Source of the DNA: Candidatus Micrarchaeia archaeon
GTDB taxonomy: Archaea; Micrarchaeota; Micrarchaeia; Micrarchaeales; CABMGC01
Assembly (NCBI GenBank): GCA_049976305.1
Contig: JBMFIM010000017.1
Coordinates: forward strand, 1-15,548
DNA: 15,548 bases
Reading direction: 5' to 3'
Below the pieces are notes generated by a model, which worked only from the letters and a program-made list of their open reading frames with translations, was not told the origin of the DNA and searched no databases. Of this stretch, positions 1 to 7,293 are shown piece after piece; within the stretch, counting starts at the first letter, position 1, and every line of letters starts with the position of its first letter. The position numbers and the translations under genes were made by a program.

Positions 1-681
1 GCTGGCGCATCTGCTGTGCTAAACAACCTGTTCCAGCTCAACTACTCGCTGAGCGGCACAAGGAACAACATGACCTACACCTCAACTCAGGGCCACTCGC
101 TCAATGCACAAGTAGGCTTCAGGACTGAGAAAGGCAGCAAGATTGCAAGCATATCACCAAGCCAGATAACAGTTGACTTGGCAAAGAACGTTGACATGCT
201 GCAGTTCGTGGTTGGGCCAGTAAACACAACAGTGAGCACTGCAAAGAAGGTCGTTGGACCATTTGGCATAGGCCAGGCAACAAACATACCTAACGTTACA
301 ATTGCCAATGTAACAGCACAGTGCAACTTCACAAGCTCAGGCTGCACAGTAGTTGGCTTGAACAACTTGACCGCAGTGCCAAGCGTAAGCCAGGCAGTAA
401 CGCCTGTAAAGCTCAACACTGCAGCAACACCGCTAGTAGTGCTCGACACGAACGCCAACCCGGCAGAGACATTGATATTAATTGGAAGCAAATATGTAAA
501 CAGCATCGCAGCACAAATCTTTGCTCAGAACCCAAGCCTTGACAGCAGCTTCGGTCCAGGATCAGTGATAGTGCAGGCCTTTGGCAGCAACCGCATACTG
601 GTAGCTGGCTACTACGCCAACGAGACAGTGCAGGCAGGCAACGAGTTCATAAACGACCTGCTCAGCGCTGCAAGCTCATAA
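1..681 (+). CDS. S-layer protein, C-terminal part (5'-truncated by window edge)
   Basis: Frame is open from base 1. Sequence is Asn/Thr/Ser/Val-rich and ends in motifs typical of archaeal S-layer C-terminal domains (VVLD..., LILIGSKYVN, ILVAGY.A.ET..A). Frequent AAC/TTC codons and a strong downstream terminator suggest high expression. Confidence 0.8.
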   Translation, partial: AGASAVLNNLFQLNYSLSGTRNNMTYTSTQGHSLNAQVGFRTEKGSKIASISPSQITVDLAKNVDMLQFVVGPVNTTVSTAKKVVGPFGIGQATNIPNVTIANVTAQCNFTSSGCTVVGLNNLTAVPSVSQAVTPVKLNTAATPLVVLDTNANPAETLILIGSKYVNSIAAQIFAQNPSLDSSFGPGSVIVQAFGSNRILVAGYYANETVQAGNEFINDLLSAASS

Positions 682-688
682 ACAGATT

Positions 689-715
689 AGGAAGCCTTCG
701 GCTTCCTTTTTGTTT
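689..715 (+). terminator. Hairpin plus T-tract terminator of the S-layer gene
   Basis: AGGAAGCC-TTC-GGCTTCCT forms a perfect 8-bp stem (689-707). It runs into TTTTTGTTT (707-715) and begins 7 nt after the TAA stop. Confidence 0.8.
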
Positions 716-772
716 GAATTTTGTATTTCTTCGCTTTTAATTCTCTGCTCACAGCATTCTCTTTCTTTCTGC

Positions 773-795
773 AAAAGGTATAAAAACTTTTTAAT
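773..795 (+). promoter_or_regulatory. Probable BRE/TATA promoter of the 815 gene (leaderless spacing)
   Basis: AAAAGGTATAAAAACTTTTTAAT contains TATA-like boxes about 20-35 nt upstream of ATG 815. No SD motif is present. Confidence 0.5.
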
Positions 796-814
796 CGATA
801 AGAAAATCGATTTA

Positions 815-2866
815 ATGGCTTATTGGCGACCTGCAGGCATTTTGCTGCTCTTGCTCCCCATACTTTTCGTTACTGCAAGCGCATATTCGTCAACGCAGCT
901 CAATACGCTGCTTGTATCATACAACATCTCACCCGGGCTTATCGCCCAGCTAACCCCTGTTTATCTCAATGTTTCAGGCGTAGAGTATATTCTCCTCTAC
1001 AACCACACTATGCCATATTTCCTTGTCAATGCCTCCTCTGACTCTTTCGTGATTAATGCCAGCAGCATTTACTCAGTAATCCACTCGTATATTTTCAACC
1101 AGTCATACGCCTCTCTTAATTTCTCGCAGCTTGCAAAGCAAATGAAAGCATACCAGGCCTCTTCATCCGGGCCAATTGACAACTGCCTGCATGAAACAGG
1201 GCTTGACACTGGATTGACTTGCAACCTAAGCAACTACTGCTACGCTTGCCAGGTTGTGCCTGTCTGCAAGGCAGTGCTCGACAACACTTCAGGCCCGACA
1301 GGCGTTTTGGGCCAAGGCATCATGGAGTTTGAAAAGCAATACAATGCGCTAAACAAGAGCTACTCTGCCTTCTATGCTTCAACTAGCAACGTAACAAAGG
1401 CCAACGTGCTGCAGAAGATAGCCCAGCTTATGAGCTCTTTTGCAAACATAACTAACCTTACCACTACCTTGCACGAAAACCCTATATTCCCTCCCGAGAA
1501 TGTGACGCCTAACATGCTTGCTACCTGCACAAGCTACTATACGCCAACAAGCGCACCTTGGTATTGCACTGCTTTAGGCTTTTGCGAAGCCTTGACCTTT
1601 AACACTACCTTGCTTGGCAAGATGCAGGACGAAATAAATGCAATAAACTCTACCCCGCTTAGCAACGAGCAAATATTCTCGCTTGCCGAGCGCCTGGCTT
1701 CTACAGAGCTTGGTTACGTATTGCCGGTGCTTTCAAAGCAGCACTATGCGCTTCTGCAGCATATTCTCAACACGCAGCTTTCTAACTACTCCACGCTGAT
1801 AAGCAGCGTAAGCTCTTTGCTTTCGCATGTGAACAACTCAACCTTGCTAAATTCCACGCTCAATTTGGAGAAAGCATATGCAAGCCTTCAAAGCAATTAC
1901 CTTACAGAGAACATAACCCAGCAGGCTCAGATTGTAGCTAGCATGCTCAATAACGTGTCTGAAATGTATGCAAAGCTCAACGCAACCTATGCACACCTTC
2001 TTAGCCTAGCCGACAACAACACTGCAGCGCTCATAAAGGCAGAGCTAACTAATCCTTATCAGCAGGGCTTGGCAAGCTTGGCGTTTCTGCAGCTTAGCCT
2101 AAACAAGCAGCTTAGCGGCAGCATTAGCAATGTAAGCAGCTTTGAGCTAATGCTTTCAAACCTTTCATCGAAGCTTAAACACTACCAGACAAGCAGCTAT
2201 ACGCTTGCAGACTTTGCTAGAGGGATAGATGGCGCGTTTGCAAGGCCCATAGTATACTCTATGCATCTTCCTTATGCAAGCGCCAAGGCTTTGGCGCCAT
2301 TTATAGGCTCTCTTCTTGCTTTGATAATAGGAATTGTGGTGCTTGGTGCACTTGCATTTGTAAGATCTTACCTAAAGCTAAAGAGGAAGATTGTGGTTAA
2401 TGAAAAGACAAGAAGAAATTGGCTTTTGCTTTTTGCAATAGTTGGTGTTGGTATAATACTCTATTACGCTGCGTCATTGTCTTTGCTTGAATATGCCAAT
2501 GCGCATGCAAGCCCATCTGCTTTCTACGCTTCGCTGCAGAATGCAAAGGATGTTATCATAGCTATAAACGGCACGCCTACGCTCAACGCCTATTCCTGTG
2601 CAAGCAGCATAGGAGCCAGGCTTGGCAGCATGGGCAAGCATGCAGTGCTTATTTCCTTAGCGAACGGCCTTTGCAAGGTAGGCAACGCGACAGTGGGCGA
2701 GGACTATTGCCTCAACTACTACTCTGCGCTCAATGATCCGATAATAATGCTGAGCAATTCTAGCCAAGCAGGCATAGGCATATACTCTCTGTATGGCACT
2801 CTGCTCAGCTATTCGGGCAATGCGACAGTGATGCAGGCATGCTATCCTTACTTGCTTCTGAATTAG
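815..2866 (+). CDS. Large uncharacterised membrane-anchored surface glycoprotein (683 aa)
   Basis: ATG 815 gives a clean signal peptide (MAYWRPAGILLLLLPILFVTASA). It is followed by an 8-Cys region, a long helical stretch, two hydrophobic segments separated by a basic loop (RSYLKLKRKIVVNEKTRRN) and a C-terminal 4-Cys domain. About 30 N-x-S/T sequons by hand count. Confidence 0.8.
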   Translation: MAYWRPAGILLLLLPILFVTASAYSSTQLNTLLVSYNISPGLIAQLTPVYLNVSGVEYILLYNHTMPYFLVNASSDSFVINASSIYSVIHSYIFNQSYASLNFSQLAKQMKAYQASSSGPIDNCLHETGLDTGLTCNLSNYCYACQVVPVCKAVLDNTSGPTGVLGQGIMEFEKQYNALNKSYSAFYASTSNVTKANVLQKIAQLMSSFANITNLTTTLHENPIFPPENVTPNMLATCTSYYTPTSAPWYCTALGFCEALTFNTTLLGKMQDEINAINSTPLSNEQIFSLAERLASTELGYVLPVLSKQHYALLQHILNTQLSNYSTLISSVSSLLSHVNNSTLLNSTLNLEKAYASLQSNYLTENITQQAQIVASMLNNVSEMYAKLNATYAHLLSLADNNTAALIKAELTNPYQQGLASLAFLQLSLNKQLSGSISNVSSFELMLSNLSSKLKHYQTSSYTLADFARGIDGAFARPIVYSMHLPYASAKALAPFIGSLLALIIGIVVLGALAFVRSYLKLKRKIVVNEKTRRNWLLLFAIVGVGIILYYAASLSLLEYANAHASPSAFYASLQNAKDVIIAINGTPTLNAYSCASSIGARLGSMGKHAVLISLANGLCKVGNATVGEDYCLNYYSALNDPIIMLSNSSQAGIGIYSLYGTLLSYSGNATVMQACYPYLLLN

Positions 2867-2874
2867 GCGAGTAA

Positions 2875-3417
2875 ATGCAGAAAGAGAATGAGTCAAAGCA
2901 AATAAAGCAGCAAGAGAAGAAGAATGAGAAAAAGAGCGCAGCAATGAGCAAGCGCGACATTTACCTGGTTGCAGTTGTAATAGTTGTTGGCATCGCTGTA
3001 TTTGCAACCCTAGCCCTGCTTCTTTCAAAGCCTGGAGTTCCTTTCTCTACATTCAAGAGCAACTTTTATGCGGCGCCCAAGTCTGCCATAGTCGTGGTCT
3101 TTAGGAACCAATCAGAATTTATTTCGGAATCAGCATGCTATCCTTTGCTTAGAGAGGCAATACACAAAAATCTAAATAGTGTAAGCCTGTTCCTTATCAA
3201 TGCCTCAAATTCCACATGCCTTTTCTCGCCTAATGTAACGCCCATGACTATTGTTTACAAGCCTGCCAGCTATTGCCTCAGCATTGCAAGCTCAGAGCCC
3301 AGCATATTCCTAAACTACAGCAGCATAAATGCAAGCATAGTGACCGCTTACAGGCTTACAATACTTGGCAATGCGGAATACATGCAGCAGTGCCCTATAG
3401 CAGTTGATATGTCGTGA
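2875..3417 (+). CDS. Uncharacterised single-pass (N-in) membrane protein with a 4-Cys external domain
   Basis: K/E/Q-rich N-terminus, then one hydrophobic helix (IYLVAVVIVVGIAVFATLALLL), then a domain with 4 Cys and several sequons. Starts 8 nt after the previous stop; alternative start is ATG 2944. Confidence 0.8.
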   Translation: MQKENESKQIKQQEKKNEKKSAAMSKRDIYLVAVVIVVGIAVFATLALLLSKPGVPFSTFKSNFYAAPKSAIVVVFRNQSEFISESACYPLLREAIHKNLNSVSLFLINASNSTCLFSPNVTPMTIVYKPASYCLSIASSEPSIFLNYSSINASIVTAYRLTILGNAEYMQQCPIAVDMS

Positions 3418-3421
3418 GTGC

Positions 3422-3931
3422 ATGGAGTCTGTAATTGCAAAAAGGCCTGCAATTCTTCTGGAGCAGGGCCAGGGGCGAATCACTTATTATGCAGAATACA
3501 CTGTTGATGGAGTCAAGATTCCTGTGGAGCCAGTATTCGCGCCAGAGAGAATAGTAGTATTGGGTCAAAACATGCTTGCAAATGGAAGGAGCATAGTGTA
3601 TGTTGTGCCAAGACTTTTTTCCTCGGATCCCAACGTTCAAGGCTACGCCTTTACTGTCAGGCTTATCTCTGAAGAAAGGCAAGGAAAAGAGTTTACCGCT
3701 GTAGTCGAGCCTTTGGAAGCCATCTACTCTGCAGAAGAAACCTCGCCAAAGGTATTGCTTGTGGAAAAGAACGCAAGAAACGTAGTCGGTTTGAAAGAGC
3801 TCCTTAAAATGCCTGAGATAGTCGTAATGAGAAAAACAGTAGCAGATACTCTAAGGCTACAGCCCGGAGACTTCTTCGCACTCATAAGGACCTATGGAGA
3901 GCCTGTTAAAGAAATAGAGGATCAAGTATAG
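3422..3931 (+). CDS. Hypothetical cytoplasmic protein, possible double-psi/swapped-hairpin barrel motif at the C-terminus
   Basis: ATG 3422 lies 4 nt after the previous stop. The protein has no TM segment. C-terminal IVVMRKTVADTLRLQPGDFFALI resembles the helix-GD-box of CDC48-N/AbrB-type barrels. Confidence 0.65.
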   Translation: MESVIAKRPAILLEQGQGRITYYAEYTVDGVKIPVEPVFAPERIVVLGQNMLANGRSIVYVVPRLFSSDPNVQGYAFTVRLISEERQGKEFTAVVEPLEAIYSAEETSPKVLLVEKNARNVVGLKELLKMPEIVVMRKTVADTLRLQPGDFFALIRTYGEPVKEIEDQV

Positions 3932-3940
3932 AAATACAAA

Positions 3941-4321
3941 CTAAAGTATTGATTCCAGCCTTCTCCCTATTGCAAAAGTCTTGCTTCTTGTTATGTTGTA
4001 GGCGTTGCTTCCTTTTTCAAACTCCTCAAGCTTTATAAAGAACCAGCCCTTGCCGTTCATGCGCCAAGCTACAAATGTTGGGAAAGCTGTGTTGTTCTGC
4101 CACTCTACTAGCTTCTGGAATTGGTCTAAGGGCAAGGACAAGCTGCCTTTGTTCCAAGCTTTGCACTCAATTGCTATCAATTTGCCCGACTTTATTGCTA
4201 TGATGTCCGGGCTTAATGCATTTACTCCAGAGCCTGCGCTTCTTATTACAGAATAGCCTTTGCCTGCAAGTATATTTAGCAGCTCCCTTTCGCTCCTTGC
4301 ACCCTTAGAATATCTGTTCAA
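3941..4321 (-). CDS. hjc: Archaeal Holliday junction resolvase
   Basis: Motifs KGARSERELLNIL..KGYSVIRSAGSG, PDIIA and IECK match the Hjc PD-(D/E)xK signature. TTG start is preceded by GGTG. Confidence 0.95.
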   Translation of the reverse strand: MNRYSKGARSERELLNILAGKGYSVIRSAGSGVNALSPDIIAIKSGKLIAIECKAWNKGSLSLPLDQFQKLVEWQNNTAFPTFVAWRMNGKGWFFIKLEEFEKGSNAYNITRSKTFAIGRRLESIL

Positions 4322-4330
4322 ACAAGCACC

Positions 4331-4372
4331 TATACAAAACTTATAATAACGTTTCTTATTTAATATTATTGT
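4331..4372. promoter_or_regulatory. AT-rich divergent promoter region (hjc / TOPRIM-dnaG)
   Basis: The 85-nt intergenic gap between the divergent genes contains TATA-like TTATAATA and TATTTAATAT. Which box serves which gene cannot be determined. Confidence 0.45.
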
Positions 4373-4406
4373 TGGCAGTCTGATATCTGCAATATGCTGT
4401 GGTTTT

Positions 4407-4853
4407 GTGCATAGAGCAAGGGAAGCAGATAAGGCAAAGCTCGTTCAAAACCTTCTGCAGCAACTCAGAGAAGGGGTAGTAATAGTGGAAGGCAAGCACG
4501 ACAAGGAGGCCTTGAAGGCATTCAGCATAGACTCCTTTACCTTCTATGAGATTGCTAGCAATCCAAGCAAGCTCAGCAACTTTGCAGGGAAAAAAATCTA
4601 CCTATTGTTTGATAATGACAAAGGCGGGGAAGAAAAGAACAGGAAGATGGTAGAGTTAGTAAAAGCCTATGCAATGCATTCCAAAATAAATGATTCATTA
4701 GCTAAGAAGCTTCTTGGCTTGCTCAACTGCACGAGCATAGAGCAGGTACCCGGACCGCTGAGAGAGTTGCTAGATTTGAGAAGAGGTGATATTGATGGCG
4801 AAAACATATTTGGATATAGTCAAGTACATGGTAGTAGTGAACTTCAGCATTGA
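4407..4853 (+). CDS. Small stand-alone TOPRIM domain protein (primase-like/RNase M5-like)
   Basis: TOPRIM motifs VVIVEGKHD and LLFDNDKGG. GTG start is uncertain. Confidence 0.88.
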   Translation: MHRAREADKAKLVQNLLQQLREGVVIVEGKHDKEALKAFSIDSFTFYEIASNPSKLSNFAGKKIYLLFDNDKGGEEKNRKMVELVKAYAMHSKINDSLAKKLLGLLNCTSIEQVPGPLRELLDLRRGDIDGENIFGYSQVHGSSELQH

Positions 4854-6132
4854 GGGTTTAGTGGATAAACCAGACATTATCGGCGCTGTTTTTGGGCAAA
4901 CAGAAGGCCTTCTTGGCGACGAGCTCGACCTTAGGGAGCTGCAAAAAGGAGGCAAAATAGGAAGGATAGAAATAGATCTCTCGCAATCGGGCACAAAGAC
5001 CTACGGCAAGCTCTACTTGCCAGCGTCGCTGGATAGGGTAGATACGTGCATACTAGGTGCAGCGATAGAGGCTGTAGACAGGGTGGGCCCGTTTGATGCA
5101 AAGTTTCAGGTAGAGAAAATAGAGGATACTAGATCAGAGAAGAGAAGGAAGATATTAGAAAGGGCAAAGGCCCTTCTCAAGACTTTGCTCTCTACAGAGC
5201 TTCCAGACAGCAAGGAGCTAGCCGAGCTTGTAGAAAGCGAGGTAAAGGTTGATGAAATATCCAGCTATGGGCCAGAGCACTTGCCGGCAGGTCCAGATGT
5301 TGCCACTAGCAAAGAAGTAATAATAGTTGAAGGCAGGGCCGATGTTCTCAACCTTCTGAAGAATGATATAACAAACGTCATTGCCGTTGGCGGTGCGACG
5401 TCAAACATACCTAGGAGCATAATAAACCTTGCAAACGAAAAGGAGGTAACGGTGTTTGTAGATGGCGACAGGGGTGGGGATCTTATTGTCAGGGCCCTTG
5501 CAAGCGCCATAGAAATAGACTATGTTGCAAAAGCGCCAGAAGGAAAAGAGGTTGAGGAGCTTACTAGGAAAGAAATTATAAAAGCGCTAAGGTCGAAGGT
5601 GCCTTTGGATCAGTACTTTGCAACACTAAAGGCTAAGGAAAATCAGAAGTATGGTACTCAGCAATCAAATGCTGAGCAGCAACAAATAGCCAGGAATGGA
5701 AGAGAGGCAAAGCCTGTAGAGGAGGAAATGGAAACAGGGCTTGAAGAGGTTGGCGAGTCGGAGCAGGAACTGCCGAAGATAGAGCCTGTAGAAAAAGAAG
5801 AGAATAATGCAAAGGTAAAGCCTGCGCTTGAAAGCGTATTGCTTGCTACTCTTTCAGAAGGTCTAGAAAGCCTTTCGGGCACTTTAAGGAGCAGGCTATA
5901 TGCCGCTGATGGGTCGGTGATAAAAGAAGTGCCTATAAGGGAGCTTCTCGTGGACCTGCAGAACACGCCAGGTGTTTATGGCATTGTGCTAGACGGAGTG
6001 GTAACTCAAAGGCTTGTCGAGCTTGCTTTGCAGAAGGGAGTTAGGGCGATATACGGAATAAGGGCAAACCCTATGCCAAGGCTGCCTAGCGAGCTTATTA
6101 TCTACACAAAAGAGCAGGGCAAGCTCAGCTAG
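4795..6132 (+). CDS. dnaG: Archaeal DnaG (exosome-associated primase-like protein)
   Basis: Motifs GLVDKPDIIGAVFGQTEGLLGDELDLRELQK.GKIGRI, IIVEGRADVLNLL, DGDRGG, GKEVEELTRKEI and C-terminal DGVVTQRL. SD GAGGTGA at 4783-4789 precedes TTG 4792/ATG 4795. Confidence 0.97.
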   Translation: MAKTYLDIVKYMVVVNFSIEGLVDKPDIIGAVFGQTEGLLGDELDLRELQKGGKIGRIEIDLSQSGTKTYGKLYLPASLDRVDTCILGAAIEAVDRVGPFDAKFQVEKIEDTRSEKRRKILERAKALLKTLLSTELPDSKELAELVESEVKVDEISSYGPEHLPAGPDVATSKEVIIVEGRADVLNLLKNDITNVIAVGGATSNIPRSIINLANEKEVTVFVDGDRGGDLIVRALASAIEIDYVAKAPEGKEVEELTRKEIIKALRSKVPLDQYFATLKAKENQKYGTQQSNAEQQQIARNGREAKPVEEEMETGLEEVGESEQELPKIEPVEKEENNAKVKPALESVLLATLSEGLESLSGTLRSRLYAADGSVIKEVPIRELLVDLQNTPGVYGIVLDGVVTQRLVELALQKGVRAIYGIRANPMPRLPSELIIYTKEQGKLS

Positions 6133-6151
6133 CTAATGTTTAATAGCCTGG

Positions 6152-7234
6152 CTATATGTATCCAGCGCCTGGGGAAGGCAGGCTCTGCCTTTCTACAAGC
6201 CCTTTGCTTTCTAAGTATGCATAAGCCGAGCTGTACCGCATGTCAAAATATCTTAGCCCTATTTTGCCTACTAAGACCTTGTCAAGCATCTCTACTTTGC
6301 TTTCAGCATATTTGAACTTGCTTAGCGCATTTATCTCCTTTTCAAGCTCGTCTTTATCCTGAAAAGCTAAGATGCCGAAATAGCCAAGGGGCGAGAGCAT
6401 GCGGGCCATGTAAACATATGGGCACACCTCGCTTTTCACCATTTTCAAGTACCATTTCTCTTTTTCCTTCTCAAAACCGCTTCCCTTTAATGTGAGCTCC
6501 AAGAAGGCAATGCTATACTGCGAGATATTGGCGATATAGTAGGTTACCCATTTTAGCACCCTAGTCCTTATGAGCCTGTCATAGGCGTATAACATTTGAG
6601 TAGAACCCTGGCCGTACTCAGCACCTATCTCGGAAAACGGCGCCCTGCCTCTCTTTGTAAACCCTAGAAGTAGGTTCTTGTAAGAATCGAATAGCTTGAA
6701 CGAATTTATCATATCTGTGTCAATAGGGAAGAACCCCCATTCAGGAAAAATCCGTATAACGCTTAGGGTAAATTGATACTTGCTTAGCTTGCTCTGTATT
6801 CCTCTAACAATGTAGCTTATGTCATCGTAGGTTCTTGCAAGCACATAGCCATATGCCTTCTTTGACTTTGTCGTGGCTAAGAACTGGACATATTTTTCTT
6901 TTGTACTTGTTGCATTGGTAAGCTCTTCATACTTAGGCATCGATTCAAAATCCAGCTTGAGCAGGTATTCGCTGAAGCCTGCGTTTGCGACGATCTCGCT
7001 TGCCTCGCCAATTATGCCGCGCTTAGTCTGCTGCCTTGCCTGCTTTGCAAACTCCATAAGCCAAAGATTCTCAAAATTTATCTCAGGCGCGAAAGTAAGT
7101 CCTTCTCTGCTAGACAGCTCTTCAAGGTCTTTGCTTACTTCTTCGGGCTTCATCCCAAATTTCTGCGCCAGCTCCTGTATTGTTGCGCGGCCGTTCACGC
7201 TCAAAAATTTCAGCAGTGCGGCATTATCGCCCAT
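6152..7234 (-). CDS. Tandem (duplicated) Lrp/AsnC-type wHTH transcriptional regulator
   Basis: Two AsnC-like HTH segments (LLKFLSVNGRATIQELAQKFG; LLLGFTKRGRAPFSEIGAEYG...AYDRLIRTRVLK), each followed by an alpha/beta RAM-like region. ATG 7234 lies about 30 nt below a TATA box. Confidence 0.7.
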   Translation of the reverse strand: MGDNAALLKFLSVNGRATIQELAQKFGMKPEEVSKDLEELSSREGLTFAPEINFENLWLMEFAKQARQQTKRGIIGEASEIVANAGFSEYLLKLDFESMPKYEELTNATSTKEKYVQFLATTKSKKAYGYVLARTYDDISYIVRGIQSKLSKYQFTLSVIRIFPEWGFFPIDTDMINSFKLFDSYKNLLLGFTKRGRAPFSEIGAEYGQGSTQMLYAYDRLIRTRVLKWVTYYIANISQYSIAFLELTLKGSGFEKEKEKWYLKMVKSEVCPYVYMARMLSPLGYFGILAFQDKDELEKEINALSKFKYAESKVEMLDKVLVGKIGLRYFDMRYSSAYAYLESKGLVERQSLPSPGAGYI

Positions 7235-7264
7235 GAGGTCGCCTAAGTTAAATAGCAAATAAAG

Positions 7265-7272
7265 TTTATAAA
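7265..7272 (-). promoter_or_regulatory. TATA box of the Lrp-like gene
   Basis: TTTATAAA in the fusA-Lrp gap, about 30 nt upstream of ATG 7234. Confidence 0.55.
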
Positions 7273-7293
7273 ACGAACGAGCCCTAAGAAAAA

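Noticed and set aside
710..814. ORF-track N-terminal extension of the 718-aa ORF (TTG 710)
   Set aside because: It overlaps the terminator T-tract and promoter. ATG 815 gives a proper signal peptide.
2880..2945. A/G-rich quasi-repeats (AAGAGAATGAG...AAGAATGAG)
   Set aside because: Explained by low-complexity Lys/Glu/Asn coding. There is no repeat-spacer periodicity, so this is not a CRISPR array or tandem repeat.
87..7262. Other short overlapping ORFs (87-506, 321-542, 823-1041, 2657-3028, 3395-3682, 4005-4256, 4770-4994, 5265-5510, 5658-5966, 6873-7262)
   Set aside because: All overlap better-supported genes and show no recognisable features.
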